Positions 34,508 to 45,591 of a stretch of 46,253 nt of DNA are shown here, in pieces. Position 1 is the stretch's first letter, and each line of letters begins with the position of its first letter. The stretch is from a virus (Duplodnaviria > Caudoviricetes), in IMG/VR virus record IMGVR_UViG_3300011423_000004, positions 1-46,253 of that record, one strand, 5' to 3'. The translations under genes and the position numbers were made by a program. The notes beneath the pieces are model-generated. The model saw only the letters and a list, made by a program, of their open reading frames with translations. It was not told the DNA's origin and ran no database searches.

Positions 34508-37500
34508 CGCCCAATAAAGGGGAGATGTCCACCCTTGAATACATAGTCATTCTTGGGCTTGATGAACTTGCTAATGGCCTCACCCTTATCGTATGTCTGA
34601 GTACCCATCCCTAACCCAATCGGAGCTAGAAGTGGGAGTAGGGATGGGTCTTCTCTTGCCAGTTCTATAGCATCCTGAGCAATCAGTGGGAGGAATTGCT
34701 GAATGGTTCTATCCCCCATTTGGAATGGCTGATACTGTGATGCGAATGCCATGTCGTGAGCAAACTTTACTGCCGGATGCAGCTTGTTGGCTACGAATCG
34801 TTCGAGCACGTCTCCGCGTGTATCTGCTCTGAATCCCTCACCTAATGTACGTGACTTGCCAGTAGATGATGAGCTGACATCACCTGTAATCAGTCTGCTA
34901 ATGGCTACAAAGTACTGCTGGAAACCACCCGCCGGATCTAGTCTCGTACCCGTACCTGGGATTCTGATCTTACCGAAGTCAGCACTATTGGGGTCTAGAC
35001 TGACATCGGCCCCTGCCATGTAAGCCATTCCAGACATAGCGGACCACGCGCCCACAGTAGAAATGGCTGCCTTGAGATACTGCTTCCTCACGAATGGGTC
35101 TGCCATCACGTAAGTGAATGGATTCAGCATCCTCATTCTGCTGGCTACCAGTTTGGGTGCGAATAGACCATCAGCCAGAATCTTGGTAGCCTGTTCTAGA
35201 CTGTATTCCTTCACACCTAACTTGAAGGGATCCTTATTGGATGCAGCCACGTTAGTAGGATACGCGAATCGCAGTGGACCCTTACCAGTAGCCGTATTCA
35301 CGAAGTCTGCAATTTCCCTAGCAAATGATAGGTCATTGTAGGGATCCCTCGCACCCTTCGTACCTGCCTTGAAGTCATCATACGCAGACTTCATGATGGA
35401 CTCGAATGAGTCAGCTCTCAGTCGATTCAGGAATGCTGTGTAGGCTCTATTGGATCCGCGTGCTGCCCTGCCTAGAGTACTCTTATATGCCTGTTGACCA
35501 CCCGGAATCTTGGCGAACATTCCACCAGTCTCAATCCAGTTAGATCCTACAGCCTCTTCACGGGATGAGATATCATCACCTAATTCAGACATGGTCAGAC
35601 CCGCACGACTGGCCCATGACTTGGTAATCTTCTTCGTTACCTTGTCTTGTACATCACGGAATAGTGGTCTATTCCTGATGTCTGCCAGTTGCTTAGCGTA
35701 CGCGCCCTCACTACCTAGCGCCTCAATCATGGGCCTCAATGAATCTCTCCACTGTTTGGTGAAGAGCATAGGTAGACCCTGCCTGAGTGGGGCAGATAGA
35801 TCCCAAATCGTAGTGGCTGCGCGTGGCAGATTCCACCACTCTCTACCTCTGTGAACCTCTGGCTTTTTCTTGGTTGGAGGCACACCCTTCCTACCAGCAG
35901 GAGGCGGAGTCCCACCAGTTGGAGGTGGTGGTCCAGACGGAGGTAGATTACTACCACCCATATTACCACCAGATGGCTTGATTGGTGGTACGTTACCTAC
36001 GGCTGTAACTCTGTCCCTTGCGGACTGTTCGATAGGAGTCGGTTCTCCAGCCATTCCACTACTGCTAGAAATTCCGCCCGGTCCTTCTCCCCCAGTGTTT
36101 CCGCTTTGCGTCGGTCCTGTTGGAGAATCTGATACAACATCTGGTCGCCACCGCGACTCTGTATACTCGCGTAGTAATCCTCGTACCTCTGGAGCATATC
36201 TGCCATCTGCTCCGGTGATAGCTCTGAGAATGCCTGCTGCGATTCTGGATCTGTTGGCTGTACCATATTTAGCATCCGTTCGCATTAACTGCCAAGTGTA
36301 TCTACCATCTTCCTTGCGTACAATATTGTGGACAAACTCATGTAAGATACCATGAGCCATCATTTCAGCAGCTTCCTCGGGAGTTTCTGCAAGAGATATC
36401 AATCCTACCGGATTAATCATTACTGCAAATTCTGGTTTACCTTCTCTACCTGTGGTGATATTGGGAACATTGACTCCACCATCCAACGCATCACCAATAA
36501 ACCAACCAAATTTAGCAGTTCTTCCCCTTTGCCCCCCTACCATTCCTACAGGGAACATCCTATCCAGTTCCTTTAACATGCCATTCATAATAACGGCAAC
36601 ATTACGGAGGTGGGGACTATTCTCTAGTCTAGCCTGTTCTGCTGGAGTATATCTATTTCCTGAAATATAGACTGAATGTTCATTACCGGGAACTGGTTGG
36701 ATGTTATCATAGAATTGTTGAATTTCTTCTGGGCTTGAAAGAAATCTCTCACGCGCAGCCATATTACTGACATCCCCACCCTCAGCCCTCTTTTGGAGTA
36801 GCTTCAGCATATCAGGGATACCTTCCAGTACATCTTTAGGAGTATTCTTATCATTGGCTATACTGTGCAGTAATTCTTCAAATTCTTCTAATTCCCACTT
36901 CTCTGCATCTTTCATGATTTTGGGAGCTAGCTGTCGTACTCTAGCTAATTCTCTATCAAGTGGATGACTACCTGTAAAATGTTCCTTGTCAAAGACTCTT
37001 CGCATCCTTGCTTCCCATGCTCTATCTTCGGGAGGCTGCATTTTCATTACATTAGGATCAGTTAGATCCACTTGATTGACTTCAGGTCTATTGGAGATGT
37101 CAGTGAGTTCCTGAAGTCTGTTCTTCACATCAGGAGTGAGTGTCTTACTAGGTAATTGACCAAAGGCATCGAATCCATGTAGTCTATTGTATATGGCTTC
37201 GGCCTCTGCCTTCTTTTCATAGGCGTATCGGTCAATTTCTCCCCGATTTATTGAATCATTGATTCGTTGGTTCCAGTATTCAATAGCCTCATTCACATCA
37301 TCCGTGAAAGCTGCCGCAGTTTCAGCATCAAATCCAGCTACATCCTCTAGGCTAGGAATGAGTGGTTCACCACTATTATCCTTAGCCATCTTGGAGATTT
37401 GGAAGTCTTCCGGCCCCGGAGTCGGTCCTAAATCTAATGCCTGTTGTTCAGGTTGCTGGCCCATAACACTCTGCTGCCGTAATCTCGTCAGATCTTCAGC

Positions 37501-38970
37501 CTGTCTAGTCTGTTCAGCCAACGTGTCAGGTGCCGGTGGATATACATCATTTTGAAGTCGATTATTCAGTTCATCAATACTAAGACTTCCCCACTCATCA
37601 GGCGTAAGAGGTGTATCGAATGGTACTCCCTTAATATTAGGCGCACGCACACCAGCAATGTCATTAGTAGGAGCTACCTCCAGACTAGAGGGAGGCATCT
37701 GTATGGGTGGTACGGACTCAATTGTAGGTGCCTGAGCAGGTACTTGAGGTCTGACAGCAGGGGCAGGGAATTGATCATCAATACCTGCGTAGGGATCCTC
37801 ATAATTGACTACGGGAGGAGGTTCATATGGTACCTTATTATGAGTTCCAATGGGCTTGTAGATACTGTTGCCCTCTGGGGTATATCCTGCGTGCTCGTAT
37901 CCAGCTCTCTCATACTCCGCATCCAGAGCAGCGGTCATCTTATTCTGTTCGACAGTGAATCCATTGACTGGATCAATAGTTTCAACCTGTCCGCCCCCCG
38001 GAAATGCCTCATTAGGAGGTGCAAATGATGCACCCGGACCAGCATCAGGGGTACCATTGGGACGGAACCATGTTACAAAGTTCTTTCCACCAATCTTGGT
38101 GAGACGTCCTGTAGGTCCGAATCCATTTCTCTCTAATTCCTGAGTAACTCCCACTGGAGCTGATGACAGAACTACCTCATCACCATGAGGTGTCTTCCTG
38201 ATCTTCAATCCTGCTATAGTCTCTTGTACTGGAGCCGCAGCAGCCCCCGGTGTGGCACTACCACCCACAGGTCTAGGAGGAGGTATACCACCCGTAGGAG
38301 GAGGCACACCACCCTGATTTGGAGGAATTACAGCAGGTAATTGAGGTTCACTCAATCTCCTAGCATTAGACCTTGCACTACGCGCACCTAACAGACCACC
38401 ACCAAGACCAAATACAGCAGAACTAGCTCCACCAGCTAATGCCTGTCCAGCAGATGGCATCTCACCAGTTTCAGCCAGTTGTGTGGGAACTGTAGCTGCT
38501 GAGCCTAATACGAAGCCCTCCGCAGTAGTCCTAAATGGGAGTTGTTTACCATATTTAGCCCATTGTGCAGCAGTAGCTCCTACACCGGGAGCTTTACCTG
38601 TGAATGGTACCGCACCAATTACTGTCTGCACACCAACTTGGGGATAATTGATTTCATCCCTGAGTCCCTGACTAACTTCGTACTTTTCCTTTAACCACTC
38701 GCCTAATCCAGCACCCCCAGCACCCATAGCTATGCCTGTAGGTGTGAATCCGCCTCCTAGCATATTACCTCCAACGGCTGGAAGTATACCTAGAGCATTA
38801 GACCATGCCCACTGAGGCCATGTAGGCTCACGTTTCAGACCTCCGACTCTAGGCTCAGGCATAGATGGAGGATCATATGGGAGGGTATCAAACTGACCCC
38901 CCGCATTATAATCAGGTAAATCTAAATCAGGTAATTCGTATGGAATTGTATCGAATCGTCGTTGAGGCAT
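34504..38970 (-). CDS. Large polyvalent internal virion/ejection protein with HExxH zincin-like domain
   Basis: 1488 aa; Gly-rich hydrophobic N-region, Pro-rich linkers, ILHEFVH, C-terminal DPNSADFGKI domain; last late gene. Confidence 0.7.
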   Translation of the reverse strand: MPQRRFDTIPYELPDLDLPDYNAGGQFDTLPYDPPSMPEPRVGGLKREPTWPQWAWSNALGILPAVGGNMLGGGFTPTGIAMGAGGAGLGEWLKEKYEVSQGLRDEINYPQVGVQTVIGAVPFTGKAPGVGATAAQWAKYGKQLPFRTTAEGFVLGSAATVPTQLAETGEMPSAGQALAGGASSAVFGLGGGLLGARSARSNARRLSEPQLPAVIPPNQGGVPPPTGGIPPPRPVGGSATPGAAAAPVQETIAGLKIRKTPHGDEVVLSSAPVGVTQELERNGFGPTGRLTKIGGKNFVTWFRPNGTPDAGPGASFAPPNEAFPGGGQVETIDPVNGFTVEQNKMTAALDAEYERAGYEHAGYTPEGNSIYKPIGTHNKVPYEPPPVVNYEDPYAGIDDQFPAPAVRPQVPAQAPTIESVPPIQMPPSSLEVAPTNDIAGVRAPNIKGVPFDTPLTPDEWGSLSIDELNNRLQNDVYPPAPDTLAEQTRQAEDLTRLRQQSVMGQQPEQQALDLGPTPGPEDFQISKMAKDNSGEPLIPSLEDVAGFDAETAAAFTDDVNEAIEYWNQRINDSINRGEIDRYAYEKKAEAEAIYNRLHGFDAFGQLPSKTLTPDVKNRLQELTDISNRPEVNQVDLTDPNVMKMQPPEDRAWEARMRRVFDKEHFTGSHPLDRELARVRQLAPKIMKDAEKWELEEFEELLHSIANDKNTPKDVLEGIPDMLKLLQKRAEGGDVSNMAARERFLSSPEEIQQFYDNIQPVPGNEHSVYISGNRYTPAEQARLENSPHLRNVAVIMNGMLKELDRMFPVGMVGGQRGRTAKFGWFIGDALDGGVNVPNITTGREGKPEFAVMINPVGLISLAETPEEAAEMMAHGILHEFVHNIVRKEDGRYTWQLMRTDAKYGTANRSRIAAGILRAITGADGRYAPEVRGLLREYTESRWRPDVVSDSPTGPTQSGNTGGEGPGGISSSSGMAGEPTPIEQSARDRVTAVGNVPPIKPSGGNMGGSNLPPSGPPPPTGGTPPPAGRKGVPPTKKKPEVHRGREWWNLPRAATTIWDLSAPLRQGLPMLFTKQWRDSLRPMIEALGSEGAYAKQLADIRNRPLFRDVQDKVTKKITKSWASRAGLTMSELGDDISSREEAVGSNWIETGGMFAKIPGGQQAYKSTLGRAARGSNRAYTAFLNRLRADSFESIMKSAYDDFKAGTKGARDPYNDLSFAREIADFVNTATGKGPLRFAYPTNVAASNKDPFKLGVKEYSLEQATKILADGLFAPKLVASRMRMLNPFTYVMADPFVRKQYLKAAISTVGAWSAMSGMAYMAGADVSLDPNSADFGKIRIPGTGTRLDPAGGFQQYFVAISRLITGDVSSSSTGKSRTLGEGFRADTRGDVLERFVANKLHPAVKFAHDMAFASQYQPFQMGDRTIQQFLPLIAQDAIELAREDPSLLPLLAPIGLGMGTQTYDKGEAISKFIKPKNDYVFKGGHLPFIGR

Positions 38971-40577
38971 TACTGTACCCTTACGCTACCTGGATAGTAC
39001 TCAAGATACTCATCTAAATCTTGCTCTAGAACCTGCTGAAATTTACCATCAGGATGCTGTACTAATACACGTCCGGGCTGCACGCCGGGAAACTGCTGCT
39101 GAGACTGTTGTGGCTGTTGTTGTGGGGGTGCAGACTGACCAATCCCAGATTCTTGTTTCCTAGCCTGTTCAAGACCCTGTAATCTAGTTTCCATCATGCT
39201 ACGATTTCTTCCAGTTACATTTGGATCCTTAAGTTTCTCTCTGATCTGCCGTTCTTCTTCATCATTCCTTACATTAGTTTCTTGAATTCCCCTTAACCTA
39301 TCTCCAGTCATATTACGATTTCTTCCAGTCAGATTTGGATTCTGTAGAGCTTCATATAAGCCCATTGCTTCAGATTTCTTGGGTCCGGTAGGAACAGGTG
39401 TCTGCTGTGGTACAGGTGCAGCTTGCTGTTGTTGAGTGGGAGCAGGTTCCGCTACCCCAAGAACTCCTCTAACAAATTTCTGATATGCAGCTACTCTTTC
39501 TGGACTGGAACCACCCGGAAAAGAACTCGCTTTAAAGGGTGGAATTAGTTTGAATTTACCATCATCAGTGATTTCAACAAATGATTTCTCTTCATCAGTA
39601 CCAGTATAGAAAGCCCTCTCTAATTCAGCCTGTCTATCTGCCTCATCCTTCTTGATAACAGCAGTGGTTGAAGCAGTAGTTCTGGAGGGCGCATTAGCAC
39701 GAATAGTGGCTGTAGTAGCCTGATTCTGACCACGCTGAGTCTCCAATGCCTGAGCATTCCGAGACTGTAAATTCAGTTCATCCATTCTAGACAACTTACC
39801 TGATGGTCCGAGATCTACTTCAGTATTCTTTGGATCTAATGGATCCCATGCCCTGACTCGGGGGCCACTAAAGTCAAACTGATAGTTGGGATGATACTGC
39901 TTGAATGCGTAGGCTTCATTCCTGATTCGAGTATTCTCGGCTGTATCGATATTCTTCTGCTCAGTAATTCTATTTCTCTCTTCATTGATTCTATTTTGTT
40001 GGTCAAATCGATTCTGATTGACCTGATTCGTCATCATGTTACCAGCTAATGTACGTTCTTGAGTATTAGCCTGCCCCTCAAGTGCAGCAGTCTTATAGTA
40101 TGGATCTACCTTGTCAGCCCAATCCTTCATTGCGCGGTGATGTGGGGCATACATTACACCCTCATGCACAGCCAATGGATTCTCGGCTCCTACGCCCATT
40201 CCAAACGCACTCAAGCGGCGGATTAGACCCGGCTCTTCCCTCTGTGGGGCGGCATCCATGAGTCCGCGTAATCTATCCCTGTCCACTGTACTAGGTGTAT
40301 AGGCTTCATTCATCATCTTCATCAAATCTGGTGAAGTGGTGCCCTGCTGCCCAACCCGCTCCAGAGGATCACGATAGATCTGCGTAGGAGTGATAGAATC
40401 CTGCTGTGGGAATGTAGGAGGTCCACTACCATACGGATCATTCTGTTGAGGTTCAGATGGCGGATCCTGCCAAATGTTCTGGCCCCCACCTTGCATACCA
40501 TAATTCATATCCGGCATATTATTGCCGAACTGATTCATGATATTGAACTGACGGATCTTATTAATATCGATAGCCAT
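38970..40577 (-). CDS. Putative ejection (DNA injection) protein
   Basis: 535 aa, Q/N/P-rich, coiled coil; podovirus internal-protein position. Confidence 0.55.
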   Translation of the reverse strand: MAIDINKIRQFNIMNQFGNNMPDMNYGMQGGGQNIWQDPPSEPQQNDPYGSGPPTFPQQDSITPTQIYRDPLERVGQQGTTSPDLMKMMNEAYTPSTVDRDRLRGLMDAAPQREEPGLIRRLSAFGMGVGAENPLAVHEGVMYAPHHRAMKDWADKVDPYYKTAALEGQANTQERTLAGNMMTNQVNQNRFDQQNRINEERNRITEQKNIDTAENTRIRNEAYAFKQYHPNYQFDFSGPRVRAWDPLDPKNTEVDLGPSGKLSRMDELNLQSRNAQALETQRGQNQATTATIRANAPSRTTASTTAVIKKDEADRQAELERAFYTGTDEEKSFVEITDDGKFKLIPPFKASSFPGGSSPERVAAYQKFVRGVLGVAEPAPTQQQQAAPVPQQTPVPTGPKKSEAMGLYEALQNPNLTGRNRNMTGDRLRGIQETNVRNDEEERQIREKLKDPNVTGRNRSMMETRLQGLEQARKQESGIGQSAPPQQQPQQSQQQFPGVQPGRVLVQHPDGKFQQVLEQDLDEYLEYYPGSVRVQ

Positions 40578-41629
40578 TAGAACTGATCTCCACTATAAGG
40601 AAGAGTTCCAGGCATTACGCCAGTTGTTTCAGGAACCTGATAATTACTATTGGTAGGTCCGATAGGTTTCTTTTTGCGCCAGTCATAGCCTTCCAGTACA
40701 TTACCAGCTTGACCAGCCAGATTAGCACCCTGCTGGAACCGGCTCATATTCTGTTCCCATTGACCCGGTAATTGATTGGCCCCACTAGTGGCATTAATGA
40801 CACCTAAGCCAAAATTACCACCCATATTGGCAGCCTGTAATGCCTGATCTCCATACATCTTAGCCATACCCGGTGTAGCACCGTAAATTCCAGTCATACC
40901 ACGAGCAGCAGCTAATTGATTCTCAATAGCATTTTGATCATATGCTGCACTTGCCGCTGCATTATGCGCGGACGCATTAGAGGCGGACTGATCTGCCTGC
41001 ATCTGAGCATTTGCATTATACTGCTGAATCTCTAGATCGGCAGCTAATCTCTGTTTCTCAATATCACTCATTCCGCCCAATCCGGCCAATCGACTAGCAT
41101 TACGATTCTGTACGATACCACCTTCGACATTTTGCATAGCATCTGCACCAGCCTGACTCTGTTCACGAGCCATTCTAGCTTGTGCGGCAAATGCATTAGG
41201 TGAGTATCCACCCTGTAATGATCTCTGCCTACCCATTTCACGTTCTGCATTAGCATAGGCAGCACGAACTGGACTGGTTCCACGCGCCCGCAGATTAGCT
41301 ATATCTTGGGCTGAGTATCCACCCGTCTTACTGAAGTCCTCGAAGCCCGCGTATGACTTAAATGGATCATTATAATTTAACTTTTGAGCAGTGATTCCAA
41401 AAGCTCCACCACCACCACCACCGCCAGTACTCCCAGCACCACCAGGACCACTAGCAACACCACGATAAATATCCATGATGTCGTTGTAATCATTGTACTG
41501 AGTCTCAGAACTACGGCCCTGATTGAAATTAAATGACTCGGATAGAGGCTTCTGCTGCTGGTCAAATCGTTCAGTCTGCTGCTGAATGACATTCTGAGTG
41601 TTTTTCTTAGGACTCTTGTCTTTAGCCAT
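40577..41629 (-). CDS. Putative ejection (DNA injection) protein
   Basis: 350 aa G/A/Q-rich helical; follows the GNAT-like gene. Confidence 0.55.
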   Translation of the reverse strand: MAKDKSPKKNTQNVIQQQTERFDQQQKPLSESFNFNQGRSSETQYNDYNDIMDIYRGVASGPGGAGSTGGGGGGGAFGITAQKLNYNDPFKSYAGFEDFSKTGGYSAQDIANLRARGTSPVRAAYANAEREMGRQRSLQGGYSPNAFAAQARMAREQSQAGADAMQNVEGGIVQNRNASRLAGLGGMSDIEKQRLAADLEIQQYNANAQMQADQSASNASAHNAAASAAYDQNAIENQLAAARGMTGIYGATPGMAKMYGDQALQAANMGGNFGLGVINATSGANQLPGQWEQNMSRFQQGANLAGQAGNVLEGYDWRKKKPIGPTNSNYQVPETTGVMPGTLPYSGDQF

Positions 41630-41637
41630 AATTGCCT

Positions 41638-42009
41638 CTACAAATCAAGAATTAACGACTGACCAGTCGAGGGTCTAAACCCATTCTTCTTTATTCTTTT
41701 GATCCATTTCGGACCATGTGCCCAAGAATACAGCTGTTCATGCCCACATTTCTGTGCAACGAAAATAGAGGCATCCAAGATGTTATATAATGCCTTAATT
41801 CGATCTGATGGATTCCGTGCCATATTGGTAACAGTTATGAGTTCAGGAATTGCACGAACTCCACCAAAACACAGTACACCCTGTTCATCCTCTACGACAA
41901 AAGCACAGATGAAATTGAGGAAATTAGGTAAATCACAATATTCCTCAAAGTACAGGTGATATAGTCGTTCTAATTCAGCTAAGTCAGTCGGAAGAAAGGC
42001 TCGAATCAT
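41638..42009 (-). CDS. GNAT-fold-like virion assembly protein
   Basis: MIRAFLPTDL start, FVVED..GVL.FGG, KNGF end; position between fibres and ejection genes as in P22/T7-like phages. Confidence 0.55.
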   Translation of the reverse strand: MIRAFLPTDLAELERLYHLYFEEYCDLPNFLNFICAFVVEDEQGVLCFGGVRAIPELITVTNMARNPSDRIKALYNILDASIFVAQKCGHEQLYSWAHGPKWIKRIKKNGFRPSTGQSLILDL

Positions 42010-42011
42010 GG

Positions 42012-42362
42012 CTATGAGGGCGTATCAATACCTGCCAGTGCATTCCAAAGAGTGCGAATCTGTGATTCTAAGTCAATATCTGCAATTGCACAGGTAGATG
42101 TCTTAGTAACAGGATCGTAAGTAGTAGCAGCGATGACATTGACGCCCATTACTACCTGTGGACCAGCTTGAGTACCTGATTGCTGGGGATATCCGGCTAC
42201 TTTCTGAGCATATGCCGCACGTCCTTGATGGTATGGAGTGTTGGCAGGTTCAGTGAGGATAGAACTACTCACACTAGCTAACATAGCAGTAACTCGTTCC
42301 ATGAATCCACCGGGTAGTACGTCTCGTGTGAGTGCCATCTGTTCTGTAGAAGTATCAGCCAT
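42012..42362 (-). CDS. Hypothetical tail-associated protein
   Basis: 116 aa downstream of fibre. Confidence 0.6.
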   Translation of the reverse strand: MADTSTEQMALTRDVLPGGFMERVTAMLASVSSSILTEPANTPYHQGRAAYAQKVAGYPQQSGTQAGPQVVMGVNVIAATTYDPVTKTSTCAIADIDLESQIRTLWNALAGIDTPS

Positions 42363-42369
42363 GTATCAC

Positions 42370-43278
42370 CTATATCGGAATCGAACAATCAAGTGCCAAA
42401 ATAACTGATCCATTAAAGGTACCAGCTACAGGAAATAAATCTACTTTAGCCAGTCCAGCACTAAATGCTGCCACACCAACAAGCCATGCACCACCCTGAT
42501 TATAAGTAAAAATGCTAACAAAATTAATAGTGGGGGTAATCGGTAAATTAAGAGTTATTGCGCCAAGACTAGTAACAGATCCAGAAACATAAGTTATCCA
42601 ATGTACAGTTGTACCAACTACTGAATACTGATGTACTCCAGACCAGGGTGGAAGTAAATAAGATGAAGAATCAATCCAATCCCCTACTGCTACTGCACGA
42701 TTACGTTCAAAGTAAGAACCACTAATAAGAAGAGCACCTGCACTGTTCAGTGCAAATAATGCAACTCCACCAATCCATACCTGAAGCGAATTCAGATAGT
42801 TTAGAATTCTATAAGTGATGGGAACTTGAGTATCTGTAAGATCCAATTCAGCATAACTATATCCGGATATAGTCTGTGAAGCAGTGAATGTATTAGCTAG
42901 ATTAGTCCATGCAGCATTTACCAGAGCATCAGATCCCCCCGGCTCATGAAATGTATGATGTGGAGTAAGAGGATCCCCAGTATCTCCCTTAACACCCTGT
43001 GGTCCTTGTATTCCCTGTGGTCCCTGTGGACCTGTTGCACCTGTAGGACCGGGAACTGTAGAATCTGCACCTGTGGCTCCTGTATTTCCCTGTGGTCCTT
43101 GAATACCCTGTGGACCCTGTGGTCCCGGTACCGTACTATCTGCACCAGTTGCACCTGTTGGACCTTGTGGTCCTGTATCTCCAGTTGGACCTGTAGGACC
43201 AGTTGGACCTACTGGACCTGCATTCATTGGATTCCATATAGGAACCCATTCTGTTGTAGCTGGATCAGGTGTAGCCAT
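42370..43278 (-). CDS. Collagen-like tail fibre
   Basis: Long G-X-Y run with duplicated [12 protein letters not shown]; [11 protein letters not shown]; beta C-terminus. Confidence 0.8.
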   Translation of the reverse strand: MATPDPATTEWVPIWNPMNAGPVGPTGPTGPTGDTGPQGPTGATGADSTVPGPQGPQGIQGPQGNTGATGADSTVPGPTGATGPQGPQGIQGPQGVKGDTGDPLTPHHTFHEPGGSDALVNAAWTNLANTFTASQTISGYSYAELDLTDTQVPITYRILNYLNSLQVWIGGVALFALNSAGALLISGSYFERNRAVAVGDWIDSSSYLLPPWSGVHQYSVVGTTVHWITYVSGSVTSLGAITLNLPITPTINFVSIFTYNQGGAWLVGVAAFSAGLAKVDLFPVAGTFNGSVILALDCSIPI

Positions 43279-43628
43279 TACTGTTTCTTACTCTCGTTAA
43301 GAAGCCAGTCGATACATTCGAGCGCGTGTCTAGTAGGCGTACCTGACTGCCAAGGAACCATAGTCATATAGTTATATAACATATCAAATTCAATCATATC
43401 TATCTTAAGTTCCACACCATCTACTAATTGTCTCTCAGGCTCACCATTTGGCATCTTCTTACCACATGGCTTCAACTCACTAATGGCTTCTAACTTCTCG
43501 AATAATGTCATTTCACGACGAAGGATAGTTAATCCCTTCTTCTCTATTAAACTACCACCAAGAACAAAGCCTACGAAACAGAATTCAAAATGTCTCTTAC
43601 CTAAATCGTCATTAAATCGTAGAATCAT
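43278..43628 (-). CDS. Hypothetical protein (fibre chaperone candidate)
   Basis: ATG 43628 just after the upstream fibre stop. Confidence 0.55.
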   Translation of the reverse strand: MILRFNDDLGKRHFEFCFVGFVLGGSLIEKKGLTILRREMTLFEKLEAISELKPCGKKMPNGEPERQLVDGVELKIDMIEFDMLYNYMTMVPWQSGTPTRHALECIDWLLNESKKQ

Positions 43629-43630
43629 AG

Positions 43631-45277
43631 TTAATCCTTGTAACAGAGAATAGTAGTCCAATACACTGGAACATTAGACTGGACATCTGTTGCTCCAGTT
43701 AATCCCGGTGCAGCCACATCAGTAGCTCCACCAATAGCCTGACCACCATCATTTGGAATGAATCCCGTCACATTGATTGAATGTGAGTGATCACCTACTC
43801 CATCAGTGGCACCAGCTACGTTGACACTAAAGTCATGGAAATGATTCGTGGCTGAAGCAGTGAAACTACCACCTGCATCAGCTCCCGAACTACCACCCTG
43901 AGCATTACCTGTACTACCTGATCCAGAGGCAGTTACTCCATGTGAGTGACCACCTGCTGGACCACTAGTTCCACTACTTCCGATAGCTCCACCATGACTA
44001 TGATTCGGCATGGTAGCCGTGGATAATCCATGTGCGTGTGAAGCTACAACTCCGCTCACTCCATGTGCGTGAGTATTAGCACCGCCGACTGATCCCCATG
44101 TGGAACTAGCTACTAGAAAGTAACCATCAGCCTGACTGACTCTCGTATAACCGATAGGACATGGACCTGCACTTAAAACAATGAATCCCGATGGAATCTG
44201 TGGAATCGCCCACTGTCCAAATCCATTCAGGAAATATCGTGCATCTCCATTCAGGTCTATTGGTCCTACAGTTCCAATACCTAAATTAGTTCGTGCCGTC
44301 GATGGAGTAGTTGCTCCAGTTCCACCCTCACTGACTGGAATAATTGCAACAGTTGATGGCTCACCTGCTGTGCTCTTGACGTATCCATTAGCCAGTAGAC
44401 TGAGTGCGCGCTCATTGACTAATTGTGGATGTGGGGATACGGTCCAATATGTGGCATCTACAGCTGGATTGATGGCAATCCCAACACCGGGCCACGGTTC
44501 AGGGGGAGTTGTAGTACCGTCCACCACACACATGTAGGCGATACCATCGGGTCCGATAACAATGTCACCATCATTATACGTACTTGGTACATAATCCCCC
44601 AGATAGTCCAGATCCATGCCTCCCCCACCACCAGAAGGAGGGGGTGCGAATGTTCCATCTGCTCTTAAGAAATTTGTTGTACCGCCGGGATATCCAGCTA
44701 AATTGGTGACTGTAACTGGATCAATGTTTCCAGCAGAGTGAGTGATAGCATGTGGTCCCGGTCCCGCATTACCCGGTTTAGCTTGATTAGGTCCAGTTCC
44801 TAGAGTTCGCAGACTACCAACAGTGGGAATTGCATCCACTGTCATGGGATCTACGCCACCCGGTTCGTGTGTGGGTGCATGAGGCCCACCACCAGATCCG
44901 CCAGCCGCGTGTACTATAATCTGACCGGGAGTAGCTGTATTTAAGGTGACATTCGTACCAGCTACCAGCCTACGATGATTAGCTAATGTTGCTTCAGCAT
45001 TGACTGTGATGAAGGTTTCATTTAATGGCTGAATAGGTCCGGGTGGTCCGGGTGGTCCCTGTGGTCCTGTTCCAGTTCCTCCGCCACCGCTACCGGGAAT
45101 AATTCCCTGCGCTGCCTGTGTTGCACTAGTAATCGATTCACCAGTAATGAACTGGTCTAATCTATTGATAATTTCTTGAACTGTCTGGTATAATGCCGCA
45201 TCGATGGACTTAGACTGAGCTAAGACACTGACTAAATCCGCAAATTGTGGGGGCTTTCTTGGTGGTTTGTACGCCAC
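43631..45277 (-). CDS. Tail fibre with HxH metal-binding tip
   Basis: Short collagen run, HxxTH..G..DP motifs, GGTGAT...ARTNLG, collar-like CPIGY, six HxH motifs. Confidence 0.75.
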   Translation of the reverse strand: MAYKPPRKPPQFADLVSVLAQSKSIDAALYQTVQEIINRLDQFITGESITSATQAAQGIIPGSGGGGTGTGPQGPPGPPGPIQPLNETFITVNAEATLANHRRLVAGTNVTLNTATPGQIIVHAAGGSGGGPHAPTHEPGGVDPMTVDAIPTVGSLRTLGTGPNQAKPGNAGPGPHAITHSAGNIDPVTVTNLAGYPGGTTNFLRADGTFAPPPSGGGGGMDLDYLGDYVPSTYNDGDIVIGPDGIAYMCVVDGTTTPPEPWPGVGIAINPAVDATYWTVSPHPQLVNERALSLLANGYVKSTAGEPSTVAIIPVSEGGTGATTPSTARTNLGIGTVGPIDLNGDARYFLNGFGQWAIPQIPSGFIVLSAGPCPIGYTRVSQADGYFLVASSTWGSVGGANTHAHGVSGVVASHAHGLSTATMPNHSHGGAIGSSGTSGPAGGHSHGVTASGSGSTGNAQGGSSGADAGGSFTASATNHFHDFSVNVAGATDGVGDHSHSINVTGFIPNDGGQAIGGATDVAAPGLTGATDVQSNVPVYWTTILCYKD

Positions 45278-45589
45278 TTAATTACCCGGATGCGAAGTAG
45301 CCATTTCCTTCATGAAAACCGTGATACGCTTGATTCTAAATCTCTCCCCAAGTCCAGTAGTCTTGAAAACAAGAGAAGCCCGCTGTTCCACGAAATTAAT
45401 GATTCTAGTCTGAAAGACTCGATTGGTTGGAGCCAATGAAAGTGATTGAAATGTCTTAGTTTTGATGAGATCGAGCGATGCGATGCCCATTACAAGGAAG
45501 CCATTACCCGTTACACGCACACGCATGGCTGCAAAGTGAGTGATATTATCGCCTGAACTACCTTCGCTAAGTACAGCTCCTTTTGGCAT
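45278..45589 (-). CDS. Small tail protein (possibly detached C-terminal domain of the nozzle)
   Basis: 103 aa beta-rich; starts 2 bp after the nozzle stop. Confidence 0.55.
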   Translation of the reverse strand: MPKGAVLSEGSSGDNITHFAAMRVRVTGNGFLVMGIASLDLIKTKTFQSLSLAPTNRVFQTRIINFVEQRASLVFKTTGLGERFRIKRITVFMKEMATSHPGN

Positions 45590-45591
45590 AT

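Noticed and set aside
42975-43220. DNA tandem repeat / diversity-generating cassette
   Set aside because: Explained by collagen G-X-Y codons; no reverse transcriptase or TR/VR pair seen
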